NCBI GenBank assembly: GCA_036276755.1 | Contig: DASUOG010000028.1 | Span: 1,040 to 65,039 of the forward strand | DNA from: Candidatus Saccharimonadales bacterium | Lineage (GTDB): Bacteria; Patescibacteriota; Saccharimonadia; Saccharimonadales; 2-12-FULL-41-12 | Direction: 5' to 3' | Length of the DNA: 64,000 nucleotides | Shown here: positions 9,044 to 18,397 of the stretch, in pieces | How positions within the stretch are numbered: position 1 is the first letter of the stretch | Layout of the letters: every line of letters starts with the position of its first letter | The notes under the pieces: model-generated | Databases searched by the model: none | What the model saw: the letters and a program-made list of their open reading frames with translations, nothing else | Told to the model about the DNA's origin: nothing | Position numbers and translations under genes: made by a program

Positions 9044-9846
9044 GACTGGTCTATCTTTGTATCTACTATAATCTGGCTTCTGCCCGTTGCCAATTCGATT
9101 ATGGCCCCGCGGCCGCCGCCTTCTCTAAGACAGATGCGTATGCCGCCGTTTGCTTGATTGATATTAGTATTTGTTATAAGAGCTACTCCGCTGCCCCCGC
9201 CATCACCGCGAAAGACGGAACCTGCTTGATGTAACGCACCCGGCACGGTTGCCAGGCTCGCTCTGGCGTTTAGGCCGCTGCTTATATCGCCATCTCCTGA
9301 TTCGGAAGATGAAACCATGGCAAAACCGGCTAAAGCGTCGCCGCTGATCGTTTCAACACTTTCGACTTCGATGCCTGAGATCAACGACTTGCGTTCGACA
9401 AACTGATTCAACCCGATAGGTCTCGCATCATCAATGCTTGTCACCGGTTCCCTAGTGCCGCTGACGAGGCGCCTGCCAACTACCGTGTATATGTCAATGT
9501 CGGATGCACTACCCCCTGCCGGAGCAAACTGTATGGCCTTCCCTAAGAATATACAATCCGTGTTAGTCCCCTGTTCGGCCGCCCCCGAAGGGAAGGTGGG
9601 ATAACCACCGCTGGGGTTAGCGACGCAGCGGAAGTTATTAGTCGACGGATAAAAACCGGATTCGACATCATTCAATATATCCTGTATGTCCTGGGCAAAA
9701 TTCTGAACACTCTGGGTAAATTGCGTCCGGCGGTTCTGGGCACTGTAACCCACTACCGCGGCGGCGAACAGTATTGAACTCACAGTCAGTACTATGACAA
9801 CTTCTAAGATCGTATAACCGCCTGCTCCGGGGCGATATCTGTTCAT
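9037..9846 (-). CDS. prepilin-type N-terminal cleavage/methylation domain protein (minor pilin)
   Basis: MNRYRPGAGG|YTILEVVIVLTVSSILFAAAVVGY with Glu at +5. Confidence 0.7.
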   Translation of the reverse strand: MNRYRPGAGGYTILEVVIVLTVSSILFAAAVVGYSAQNRRTQFTQSVQNFAQDIQDILNDVESGFYPSTNNFRCVANPSGGYPTFPSGAAEQGTNTDCIFLGKAIQFAPAGGSASDIDIYTVVGRRLVSGTREPVTSIDDARPIGLNQFVERKSLISGIEVESVETISGDALAGFAMVSSSESGDGDISSGLNARASLATVPGALHQAGSVFRGDGGGSGVALITNTNINQANGGIRICLREGGGRGAIIELATGRSQIIVDTKIDQSC

Positions 9847-9853
9847 AGGCAGA

Positions 9854-9862
9854 ATTATAGCA
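9854..9862 (-). promoter_or_regulatory. extended -10 element TGCTATAAT, 7 nt upstream of the ATG at 9846 (possible leaderless internal promoter)
   Basis: The minus strand reads TGCTATAATtctgcctATG. No Shine-Dalgarno lies between the box and the start. Confidence 0.35.
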
Positions 9863-9895
9863 TAAGAGGTATCTCCTATGGCCTATTTGATGCTT

Positions 9896-10732
9896 TTACA
9901 CCCCATACATATTTTGATACCAGTCGATTATCGCCATGCCGAAGAACTGGACGAGTACAGCGGCGGTTATAAGAAAAGGCCCGAACGGGATGCGCGTCCT
10001 AGGTTTGACCTTTTTAGACATGATTAAGGGCAATGAATAAAGCGTGCCAATTAGCGAAGCTAAAAACAACATTAAAAGCGCCGGCCATGGACCACCTATG
10101 ACTGCGCCCAGCAATAAGCCCAGCTTCACATCTCCGCCGCCTATCCAGGCACCATCCGATACTTGAAAAAGCACGTAAAAAATGCCGCCGCCGATCAAGA
10201 TTCCCCAAAAAGCGGTAACCAGCGGATCCAGATTGCCGATTAGCAAGGATTCGGTTAACAAACCGATGCCTGCAAGGTACGCCAGCGGCAATATTATACG
10301 GTTAGGCAAAATCATATATTTTAAGTCATAGACGAACAAGGCTATGAACCCGCTCAAGAAAACAAGCCATATCACAAAGGCAGCTATATTCTCGGCGGCG
10401 GATAGCCCGTATGGCCAAAATATATAAGACAATGCGAATAAGAAAGCCGTGATAAGCTCCACCGTGGGATATTGTCCGGATATCGGTTTATTGCAGTATC
10501 TGCACCTGCCGTGAAGCATTATCCAGCTGAAAAACGGGATAAGATCCTTTGCCGCTAACCTATGTTTGCAATGCGGGCAGACACTTCTGCCGGAACTGAT
10601 GGAATAAGCGCGCTTTTCGGCTCCATCGACCTTTTTATGTGTTCCCTGCCAATGCAGACGATATATGAGTGCATTTATAAAACTACCTATACAGAGGCCA
10701 AGTAGGAGCAACCCTAAGATTGTAATTACCAT
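9896..10732 (-). CDS. pilD: prepilin peptidase / N-methyltransferase (A24 family)
   Basis: N-terminal Zn-binding CPHC...CRYC pair, 7-8 TM helices, and Asp-containing motifs (FVYDLKY, GGGDVKL) typical of PilD. Confidence 0.9.
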   Translation of the reverse strand: MVITILGLLLLGLCIGSFINALIYRLHWQGTHKKVDGAEKRAYSISSGRSVCPHCKHRLAAKDLIPFFSWIMLHGRCRYCNKPISGQYPTVELITAFLFALSYIFWPYGLSAAENIAAFVIWLVFLSGFIALFVYDLKYMILPNRIILPLAYLAGIGLLTESLLIGNLDPLVTAFWGILIGGGIFYVLFQVSDGAWIGGGDVKLGLLLGAVIGGPWPALLMLFLASLIGTLYSLPLIMSKKVKPRTRIPFGPFLITAAVLVQFFGMAIIDWYQNMYGV

Positions 10733-10751
10733 TAGAATTATCTTAGCATAG

Positions 10752-10779
10752 AAAAAACGGAGCCTAAATGCTCCGTTTT
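10752..10779 (-). terminator. Rho-independent terminator downstream of pilA
   Basis: Perfect hairpin AAAACGGAGC-ctaaat-GCTCCGTTTT at 10754-10779. On the minus strand the stem is followed by a T6 run. It lies 17 nt after the pilA stop. Confidence 0.75.
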
Positions 10780-10795
10780 AATTCGTATACCTAGT

Positions 10796-11317
10796 TTAAG
10801 ATTGCTGGCAAGTAGGTGTCCATCCGCCGCTTGTTTCCAGCTGATATTGGACTGCTATTTGACGCGCGCTTCCGGCTTGAGTAGCTCCGCTAGGCACACC
10901 TGTTACTAGCACGCACCGGGCTCCGGTTACTATGACCACCCTGTCCCCGGCAGCGGTTGCCGGAAGGGCACCCTGGGTAGGAGAGCCGGAAAGAAGATTA
11001 ACCTGTCCTTGACCGGTACCTGCTCCGACATAATAGCCAGTCTGGGCATTTGCCGTCACCTGAGCGGTGGTAGTCGGTAGCGTACCTTGATTGTTCGATG
11101 TAAATTCATTGACCGCCCCTAGAAGTGCGCTGACATCATTCTTGCGCTGGGTGTTACGGCTGTTGCGTTGCAGAGCCGGTACGGCTAAGAAAACTATCAG
11201 CAGGATAAGCCCGGCGATAGCCAGCACTATCAGGACTTCGATGATGGTGAAGCCGCCTTCTGAATTCCTTCTGGACTTCATCTTCCAGAAATCTTTGCTG
11301 TTTTTAATGTTTTTCAT
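10796..11317 (-). CDS. pilA: major type IV pilin
   Basis: Class III signal ...SEGG|FTIIEVLIVLAIAGLILLIVFLAVPALQRNSRNTQRKNDV. Two C-terminal Cys (disulfide loop). Strong GAGGA RBS, its own promoter and its own terminator. Confidence 0.8.
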   Translation of the reverse strand: MKNIKNSKDFWKMKSRRNSEGGFTIIEVLIVLAIAGLILLIVFLAVPALQRNSRNTQRKNDVSALLGAVNEFTSNNQGTLPTTTAQVTANAQTGYYVGAGTGQGQVNLLSGSPTQGALPATAAGDRVVIVTGARCVLVTGVPSGATQAGSARQIAVQYQLETSGGWTPTCQQS

Positions 11318-11365
11318 GTTTCCTCACCCTTTTGCTTATAGTTATGTTTACTTCTTATGCTTTGC

Positions 11366-11394
11366 ATATTACTTGATGAATTTATTAATTGCAA
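11366..11394 (-). promoter_or_regulatory. sigma70-type promoter for pilA (TTGCAA-N17-TAATAT)
   Basis: The minus strand reads TTGCAAttaataaattcatcaagTAATAT, about 50 nt upstream of the pilA start. Confidence 0.55.
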
Positions 11395-11402
11395 GTGCGC
11401 GT

Positions 11403-12623
11403 CTAGCCTATTATATTTTTACCGGCCAACCCGTAAATCGGTAGCAGCACGGCTGCGACCACTACGAACGCTACTATTCCGAGCATAATCATCAGCACCG
11501 GCTCGATTATGGTCGATACGGTCTTTATCTGATTATCGACTTCCTTTTCATAGTAATCGGCAGTTTTGGCAAGCATATCTTCCAAGGAACCGGATTCTTC
11601 CCCTATGCGCAGCATGTTCGGGAGCAAAGGAAGAAAGTTCGGATCCCCCTCCAGAGAATCGGCGAGCGACTTGCCGCCTTTTACCTTTTCCGTAGCCTTT
11701 TTGATTGATCTTTCTATATGCACATTATTGATGGACCTGCCGACGACTTCCAACATTTTAATCAAGGGGATCCCGCTGGCAACCAGTGTAGTACCGGTGC
11801 GGGCAAAACGGGCCATGTATATCTTCATGAACAGAGGGCCTATCGGCCAGACGGTCATCTTTATCCTATCTACAACTTCCCTCCCCGGTCCGGTGCGGGC
11901 ATAACGTGTCATTAAGAAGGCTAGGAAAGCCATCACGATCAATATCACCCACCAAAAATCGCTGACAAAATGCGATATCGCCAGCAATATCCTAGTTATC
12001 AGAGGTAAAGACGCGCCGGGTATGTCCTTATAAATTATCTCCACCTGCGGCATGACTTTGACCACCATGAAGGTTACCACTGCCAGCATCACCAGGATAA
12101 CTATCGCCGGATAAGCCATCGCACCACGGACCTTGCTTAATATCTCGGCATCCTTCTCTTGTTGAAAGGCTATGCGTTCCAAGGACTTATCAAGCGTACC
12201 GGACACTTCACCGGCGGCAATCATACTGACATAAACGTCGTTAAAAACCATCGGATGAGCCGCTAGCGCATCTGAGAAGGCCTTGCCTCCTTCGACATCC
12301 GATATGACTTGGTTGAGCACTACCTTGAAGGACTTGTTAGGGGTCTGGTTTTGTACGTTACGAAGGCTCTGGACCAAAGGCAGACCGGCATTTATCAAGG
12401 TTGACATCTGGCGGGAAAAAACAACTTTATCCTTGGTTTTTATCCTGTTATGAAACCTCGATACCGGGTTACCGGAAGACTCGTCAAGGACCTTGATAGT
12501 GAGCGGAGCCAAGCCTTCTTTTTGGATCAGTTTGGCAGCAGCGGCTTCATTATCGGCCTGGACCTGTGCCTTGACTTTGTGCCCGGTCGAAGGGTCCCGT
12601 GCCGTGTAAGTAAAGGTCAGCAT
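11403..12623 (-). CDS. pilC: type IV pilus platform protein (GspF/PilC family)
   Basis: Duplicated T2SSF domains, 3 TM helices, motifs FSRQMSTLINAGLPLVQSL and MLRIGEESGSLEDML. Confidence 0.9.
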   Translation of the reverse strand: MLTFTYTARDPSTGHKVKAQVQADNEAAAAKLIQKEGLAPLTIKVLDESSGNPVSRFHNRIKTKDKVVFSRQMSTLINAGLPLVQSLRNVQNQTPNKSFKVVLNQVISDVEGGKAFSDALAAHPMVFNDVYVSMIAAGEVSGTLDKSLERIAFQQEKDAEILSKVRGAMAYPAIVILVMLAVVTFMVVKVMPQVEIIYKDIPGASLPLITRILLAISHFVSDFWWVILIVMAFLAFLMTRYARTGPGREVVDRIKMTVWPIGPLFMKIYMARFARTGTTLVASGIPLIKMLEVVGRSINNVHIERSIKKATEKVKGGKSLADSLEGDPNFLPLLPNMLRIGEESGSLEDMLAKTADYYEKEVDNQIKTVSTIIEPVLMIMLGIVAFVVVAAVLLPIYGLAGKNIIG

Positions 12624-12624
12624 G

Positions 12625-13695
12625 TCAGCCCCTCATGAGCCTGTCTAGCTCTTCCAGGTCTACGGCAAAATTACGGGCTTCCTCATAAGTAATAGTCCCG
12701 GCATGTATCAGACTTACCAGTGTCTTATCCATAGATTGCATACCATGCTCTCCGCCGGTTTGGATAACCGCGTCCAGTTGATGGCTTTTACCTTCGCGCA
12801 CGATGTTTCTGACCGCCGGTGTGGCAATCAGTATCTCCGCAGCGGCTACTCGGCCGCCGCCGATGGTAGGAATAAGTCTTTGCGAACAAATAGCCATAAG
12901 GATGTTACTAAGCTGGGCCCGGATTTGGGGCTGTTGGTGAGGTGGAAACACATCGATCATACGGTCGATACTTTGGGCCGCACTGTTGGTATGCAAGGTT
13001 GCGAACACCAGATGTCCGGTCTCGGCAATAGTTATAGCTGCGGCTATGGTCTCAAGGTCGCGCATTTCGCCGATGAGCACCACGTCCGGATCCTGCCTAA
13101 GGCTGCTTCTTAAGGCCGCTGAGAAGGAATAAGTATCATAATGAACTTCGCGCTGGACAATTACTGATTTTTTACTCTTATGCGTGTATTCGATAGGGTC
13201 TTCTATAGTCACGATGTGCGATGGACGCTCTTGATTGATCTTATCGACCAAAGAGGCCAAAGTGGTCGACTTACCGGAACCGGTAGGACCGGTAACCAGC
13301 ACCAGTCCGCGCGGATATTCGGCGAATTTTTCTACTATCTTCGGTAGTCCCAGCTGTTGAGTCGTGCGTATTTCGTTAGGAATCAGGCGCAAAGCGGCTG
13401 CCAGGTTACCTCGTTCATGGAAAGCATTGACACGGAACCGGCCGAGATCGCCGAATGCGAAACTGAAATCAAATTCCTTGTCCTTAAGCAATATCTGTTT
13501 CTGCTCATCATCAAGGATGGCAAATACTAACGATTCTACCAACTCTTCGGTTAAAACAGGCGTGCCGTTAATAGCCACCAGGCTGCCGTCGATTCTCAGC
13601 ATAGGCGGTAAGCCGACTTGTATATGCAAATCAGACGCGTTTTTCTTAATCACATCTTCGAGCAGTAGTTCGATTCTCAGTTCACGTTGGGTCAT
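12625..13695 (-). CDS. pilT: twitching-motility retraction ATPase
   Basis: ASDLHI, Walker A GPTGSGKSTT, Asp box, Walker B VLIGEMRD, His box LVFATLHTNSA, AIRNIVREGK-like motif. Confidence 0.92.
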   Translation of the reverse strand: MTQRELRIELLLEDVIKKNASDLHIQVGLPPMLRIDGSLVAINGTPVLTEELVESLVFAILDDEQKQILLKDKEFDFSFAFGDLGRFRVNAFHERGNLAAALRLIPNEIRTTQQLGLPKIVEKFAEYPRGLVLVTGPTGSGKSTTLASLVDKINQERPSHIVTIEDPIEYTHKSKKSVIVQREVHYDTYSFSAALRSSLRQDPDVVLIGEMRDLETIAAAITIAETGHLVFATLHTNSAAQSIDRMIDVFPPHQQPQIRAQLSNILMAICSQRLIPTIGGGRVAAAEILIATPAVRNIVREGKSHQLDAVIQTGGEHGMQSMDKTLVSLIHAGTITYEEARNFAVDLEELDRLMRG

Positions 13696-13717
13696 TTTTA
13701 TTTCCTTATTTTCCTTC

Positions 13718-15511
13718 CTAGGCGCTATCCTCTGCCGCTACGCGGTTAACTTCAGCTACCGAAGTGTACCCTGACAGGGCCTTCAGGTATCCGTCTTCGC
13801 GCATATTTACCATGCCTTGGGCAATCGCGGCTTTTTGTATTTCGCTGCTGGTCGAATGCTTCAGGATCAGCTGCTGAATCGTCTCATCAACGTGGAAGAC
13901 CTCATATAACCCCATACGACCTTTATACCCCCCTGGTGTTTCTGGGCTGTCTTTACCCTTGAACAAAGTATAACCGTTTTGGCTGGCCAGTGGCAAGTCC
14001 GGGAAACCTAAGTCCTGACTGATGGCCTTACGCGATGCCTCATCCTTGGCGAGCAATCTGCCGACGCTTTTTCTAATAGCTTCGGTCTCGGTTATATCGG
14101 ACTGGTATCTCTCCTTGTTGTCTGCCAGGCGCCGTACCAGACGCTGGCCTATGACCGTATGCACGGTCGAGGCTATCAAAAACGGTTCTATACCCATATC
14201 AAGAAGCCGGGGTAATATTCCGGAGGCGGAATTAGTATGCAGGGTAGAAAATACCAGATGGCCGGTCAGGGCCGCCTGTACCGCCAAGGTTGCCGTTTCC
14301 TTGTCCCTGATTTCCCCTACCATAACTACGTCCGGATCCTGGCGCAATATGGATCTCAGGCCGGACGCGAATGTCAGTCCTACCGCCGGATTGACCTGGA
14401 TCTGATTGATACCTTCCATCTTGTATTCGACCGGGTCTTCCAGGGTTACGATATTTATTGCATCATTCTTGATTTCCTGCACCATCGCATAAAGTGACGT
14501 CGACTTTCCCGAACCGGTCGGACCGGATGTGAGTATCATACCGTTCGGCCGCTGGATACTGTTTCTTATCATCCTCAATGCACGTCCGTGGTAGCCCATG
14601 TCCTCAAGCTTCAGACTCGTCCCGGTCTTATCAAGTAACCTGATGACTACCTGTTCGCCCCATACGACCGGCGATATGGCTATGCGCAGGTCGATAGCCG
14701 TATTCTTATTTATCGCGACCGTGAATCCGCCGTCCTGAGGGATTCTGTGTTCGTCGATTTTTAGGTTGCTCAATATCTTTATGCGCGAAATAAGCGGTGG
14801 TTCGGTTGATTTGGGAAGCTTCATTATTTCCCGTAGGACACCGTCTATCCGACAGCGTATCTTCAGCTCCTTTTCCAGCGGTTCGATATGTATATCACTG
14901 GCCCGGTGTTTGGCGGCATACTCCAAAATTGTGGAAAGCGCCTTGCTGATGGGTGAATCCTGTACTATGGTTTTTATCTTTTTCTCGGATTTCTTATCGG
15001 GTTCGACCTGGGCCTGCTGGGCCTCCATGGAATCGCTCATTACCTTGGCCACATCGGCTTCTACGTCCTCCGCATACTGGCTTAAGATCTGGCGGATGCC
15101 TTCCTCGCTGGCCGTGTAGACCTTGACCGGCCGGTTAATCCTCTTAGCCAAATAGTCGACAGCTTGGACATTGTCGGCGTCCAGCATGGCCACTACCAGC
15201 CGGCCCTTTATTTGCCCCAGGGGTACGGCCATGTATCTTTCTGCTATTTCCTTGGGTATGAGCCTTAACACCCTTCTATCGATACGAGCATCCGTCAGGT
15301 TGACATACGGTACGTGGTTAACCTGGGCGATGACTTTGGTCAAAGCCTCGTTGGGCAGATGGCCTTCTTTGACTAAGAAACCGAAGAAAGGGGTAGAAGA
15401 ATTCCGAGCTTTTTCTTTGAGAGCTGCAAGCCTCTCACGGGTTATATAGCCCTCGCTTATCAGATTTTCTTCGACCAGCTTTTGGTTTGCTACTGATAAA
15501 ACACTCATCAA
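13718..15511 (-). CDS. pilB: type IV pilus assembly ATPase (GspE/PilB family)
   Basis: N-terminal T2SSE_N domain, ASDIHIEP, Walker A GPTGSGKST, VMVGEIRD, LVFSTLHTNSA. Confidence 0.92.
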   Translation of the reverse strand: MMSVLSVANQKLVEENLISEGYITRERLAALKEKARNSSTPFFGFLVKEGHLPNEALTKVIAQVNHVPYVNLTDARIDRRVLRLIPKEIAERYMAVPLGQIKGRLVVAMLDADNVQAVDYLAKRINRPVKVYTASEEGIRQILSQYAEDVEADVAKVMSDSMEAQQAQVEPDKKSEKKIKTIVQDSPISKALSTILEYAAKHRASDIHIEPLEKELKIRCRIDGVLREIMKLPKSTEPPLISRIKILSNLKIDEHRIPQDGGFTVAINKNTAIDLRIAISPVVWGEQVVIRLLDKTGTSLKLEDMGYHGRALRMIRNSIQRPNGMILTSGPTGSGKSTSLYAMVQEIKNDAINIVTLEDPVEYKMEGINQIQVNPAVGLTFASGLRSILRQDPDVVMVGEIRDKETATLAVQAALTGHLVFSTLHTNSASGILPRLLDMGIEPFLIASTVHTVIGQRLVRRLADNKERYQSDITETEAIRKSVGRLLAKDEASRKAISQDLGFPDLPLASQNGYTLFKGKDSPETPGGYKGRMGLYEVFHVDETIQQLILKHSTSSEIQKAAIAQGMVNMREDGYLKALSGYTSVAEVNRVAAEDSA

Positions 15512-15529
15512 TACTTATCTTACAGCAGA

Positions 15530-15766
15530 TTAAAACGGTTCGGGATTATTGGCATTGCCGATTTGTATCAATTTCGTAGGATTAATAGCCCGCTCGTTAA
15601 ATACAGTCTTGTCCGGCTCTTTAAACTCTGCAGTTATCGGTTGTGCGGTCTCCGCTGTTAATTTACGCTGATCACCGGAAGTAAAGAATATGTTGGATAT
15701 CACTAATGAGAAAACGCCGGCGAATATCGCTATCACGGCTATGGTCAGGATATCTTTTTGTTTCAT
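15530..15766 (-). CDS. small single-pass membrane protein in the pilus operon
   Basis: N-terminal TM (ILTIAVIAIFAGVFSLVISNIFF). Overlaps the upstream pilO-like gene by 4 nt. No lipobox, so it is not a canonical PilP. Confidence 0.45.
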   Translation of the reverse strand: MKQKDILTIAVIAIFAGVFSLVISNIFFTSGDQRKLTAETAQPITAEFKEPDKTVFNERAINPTKLIQIGNANNPEPF

Positions 15767-16431
15767 CTTACTAACTCCCGTTTAACGTTCAGGCTTTTCT
15801 CCGGCTGGAAATAAGTTTTGGCCGTGATAGTGACTCTGAGCTGATCGTTTTGGCTTTCAATGACCAGTTTATTGACTTGTATAGGGCGGATTGATTTTTC
15901 AAACAGTTGCATCAAGATCTTACCACGCTGGTCGCTGGTGTTAACCTCTACTTCGAACGGTATCTCTATGGGCTGGGGATCTTCGGCCACTTCAACCTCT
16001 GATTGCGAGACTTCTTCGTCGTTACCGGTAAACGAGGATATGCTGAAGCCGTTGTCCTTTAGGAGTTTTTCTACACTTGTGGTCAAGGCCGGAAAATCAT
16101 ATTTGCTAGGCAGCGAGTCCAGTATAATCCTTGGGTTGTCACCGTCCCTGTCAGCATCGCCTCCCGGATTGCCGCCCAGGACATTCACCGGCTGTTCCGC
16201 GAACGCTCTGTATGCCAAGGTTAACTCATCTGCCGTCCGCAGATTATTTTTCAGCGTTTCTAGGGCGTGCTCCTTTTGCGAGGAAACTTTGTTTTGATAA
16301 CGAAGCTGCGAATACAAGGCTTTTGAGGCAACCAAGGAGAATACGACTATGAACGCCGTTATCGCCACCGCTATAAAAATAGTGGTGTTGGCTTTATCGA
16401 TGGCTAGTTTTTTAGTTGAAAACCGCTGCAT
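15763..16431 (-). CDS. pilO: PilO-like pilus assembly protein
   Basis: Single N-terminal TM, coiled-coil, then a C-terminal alpha/beta region. The call rests on position after pilN and on topology; sequence similarity is weak by eye. Confidence 0.5.
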   Translation of the reverse strand: MQRFSTKKLAIDKANTTIFIAVAITAFIVVFSLVASKALYSQLRYQNKVSSQKEHALETLKNNLRTADELTLAYRAFAEQPVNVLGGNPGGDADRDGDNPRIILDSLPSKYDFPALTTSVEKLLKDNGFSISSFTGNDEEVSQSEVEVAEDPQPIEIPFEVEVNTSDQRGKILMQLFEKSIRPIQVNKLVIESQNDQLRVTITAKTYFQPEKSLNVKRELVR

Positions 16432-16434
16432 AAT

Positions 16435-17175
16435 CTATAGCCCCTCCTGAGTTGTTTCGTCAACTTGCGGAGCGAAAAGGTTATCCGGTTTTTCGGTTTC
16501 CGATCTGGTGCTTATGATGTTGGGGACTTTCAGGGTTACGACCTTATCTTGCGATGCTTCGTCAGTCAGACCCTTAATATTGGCAAAAATCAGCGGTTCG
16601 AAATTAAATTCCAGTTCATAAGTTATGGCTCCCCTGTCCTGTTGAGCTTCCGTGCTGACGGAGAATGACTTCAATACCACGTTGCTGAACGCCTTGCCTT
16701 CGGAGGGAGTTTCGCCGGCGACTTGGAAGTCAGTGAACTTAAGCGTATCGGCAAACTTGTTGACCGTGCTCAGTGCATCGGCGTTCCCTTTGATGTTCAA
16801 TACATTCTGCGTCAAATCCAGTTCAACGTCAGAAATCGTTGCCTTTTCGGGAGTAAGCTTGGCAAGATAATCGAACAGCCTAGAGCTAATAGACTTCTGG
16901 TCATGAAGAGCCGGCAGACTATTAAGCTGGCTCTGAATAGTAAGTATCTTGTCCAAATCAGGTTTGGCTTTTAATTCCTCCGTGGTTCTATCGATATCTC
17001 TGGTCAGGGCATTTATATGCTGTTTCTGCGAAAATCGGACATACACGAATAAGGCTATAAATATCACCAGAAATGCCCCGGAAACTATCGTAGACAGACC
17101 TATCACCAAGCGTTTTTGGCGCCTGGCCTTTATATATTGCAGTTTTACATCCGGCAATAAATTCAATTGAGCCAT
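16435..17175 (-). CDS. pilN: PilN-like fimbrial assembly protein
   Basis: N-terminal LNLLP motif (MAQLNLLPDVK), then a TM helix, as in PilN. Start overlaps the pilM stop. Confidence 0.6.
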   Translation of the reverse strand: MAQLNLLPDVKLQYIKARRQKRLVIGLSTIVSGAFLVIFIALFVYVRFSQKQHINALTRDIDRTTEELKAKPDLDKILTIQSQLNSLPALHDQKSISSRLFDYLAKLTPEKATISDVELDLTQNVLNIKGNADALSTVNKFADTLKFTDFQVAGETPSEGKAFSNVVLKSFSVSTEAQQDRGAITYELEFNFEPLIFANIKGLTDEASQDKVVTLKVPNIISTRSETEKPDNLFAPQVDETTQEGL

Positions 17176-18215
17176 TATTCGTTTCTCTCCGCTAAGCCTA
17201 CCGCTACTCCGAAATTGTTAGACACCGCCATCAGCTCGTTCTGTCTCTCTTGGGGATAGGCTACCCCTGCCCACGCATTGCCTATCTCTACTTCGATCCC
17301 GAATTTGTTGGCAACGTACAGGGGAAATTCCGGCAAAGTGGAGGCCGCGCCCGTCATAATTATGCGTTCCAATTTCGAGTCCTGGTAGCGGCTTTCGAAA
17401 AACTTGATCGACTTGCTTATATCGGTTACCAGGGCGTCGACCGTAGAAATAATGGCTTGGTGAATCTGGCCTTCGAGTTTATCCTGTATAAGTCCGAATT
17501 TGAACACGAATTCCTGGGCCTGGGCCGTGTCGATATTCAAATTCTGGCTGGCTGCCCTGATCAATGCTTCGGAGCCGGTCGGTACCGACCGGGTAAGTCT
17601 GGGGGCGCCTTTCATCGTAATGACTATGTCCGTCGAAGTTTCCCCGACATCTATAATCAGATGCGGCGAAGAAGTCCCCGGTCGTATCAAGGCTCTGGCC
17701 AAAGCTAGATTATCCGGTTCGAAAGCAATCACATTCAGCCCTATGGATTCCAATATATCCAGTCGTTTTTCCGCAAATTCATTAGGAACGCTGGTAATCA
17801 GTATCTCAACCTTGTTGGCATCTAGCGGAGAATCGCCTAGCAGGGACCAGTCTATCTTCGACTCCGCCGGCGGTGTGGGTATGATTGAGTCGGCTTGATA
17901 ATTGATAGTTTTTTCCAAATCGGCCGGAGCCAAACGCTCAATATCGATGACCGATGTAAAAACTCTCGATGACGGCAAGCCGACCGCGACGTTTTTGGTT
18001 CTAATACCGCTTTTGGACAAAAGTTGCTGTATGGATTGTGCCAGTTTCTGCTGGTCGGCTTTTGAATCGCTTGATGATGTTTTCTGATCGATTACTTCCG
18101 CTCCGTAACGCAGCAGTTGCTTATTACTGGGGTTATTTGTCAACTGTACGGCACGTAGTCCGGTCGTTCCTATATCAAGGCCGAAAAATTCACCTACACC
18201 CGTAAGCAGACTCAT
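17175..18215 (-). CDS. pilM: type IV pilus assembly ATPase-fold protein PilM
   Basis: Actin-like fold motifs: GLDIGTTGLRAVQL, IIDVGETSTDIVI, IIMTGAASTLPEF. Confidence 0.85.
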   Translation of the reverse strand: MSLLTGVGEFFGLDIGTTGLRAVQLTNNPSNKQLLRYGAEVIDQKTSSSDSKADQQKLAQSIQQLLSKSGIRTKNVAVGLPSSRVFTSVIDIERLAPADLEKTINYQADSIIPTPPAESKIDWSLLGDSPLDANKVEILITSVPNEFAEKRLDILESIGLNVIAFEPDNLALARALIRPGTSSPHLIIDVGETSTDIVITMKGAPRLTRSVPTGSEALIRAASQNLNIDTAQAQEFVFKFGLIQDKLEGQIHQAIISTVDALVTDISKSIKFFESRYQDSKLERIIMTGAASTLPEFPLYVANKFGIEVEIGNAWAGVAYPQERQNELMAVSNNFGVAVGLAERNE

Positions 18216-18305
18216 ATAACCAACTCCTCAACCGAGCTACGGTGCGTATTCTTAGGGGTAAATTGTATTTTAGTTTGTTTTTTTCGTTTAATCATCGCTG
18301 CCCAC

Positions 18306-18322
18306 CCTCTCCCGATGAGAGG
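18306..18322. repeat. GC-rich hairpin CCTCTC-CCGAT-GAGAGG in the pilM 5' region
   Basis: Inverted repeat seen directly. The flanking ...GGGTGGGCAGCG... (minus strand) resembles motifs in the element at 54488-54557. Confidence 0.5.
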
Positions 18323-18340
18323 CAATCTTATAATATTCGA

Positions 18341-18349
18341 ATTATATCA
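18341..18349 (-). promoter_or_regulatory. extended -10 promoter element (TGATATAAT) upstream of pilM
   Basis: The minus strand reads ttaTGATATAATtcg, in the 182-nt gap between the 940-aa gene stop and the pilM start. Confidence 0.4.
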
Positions 18350-18397
18350 TAAGCACAATAATAACAAAGCATTTCTATACCAGGTTTTTTATCGTGC

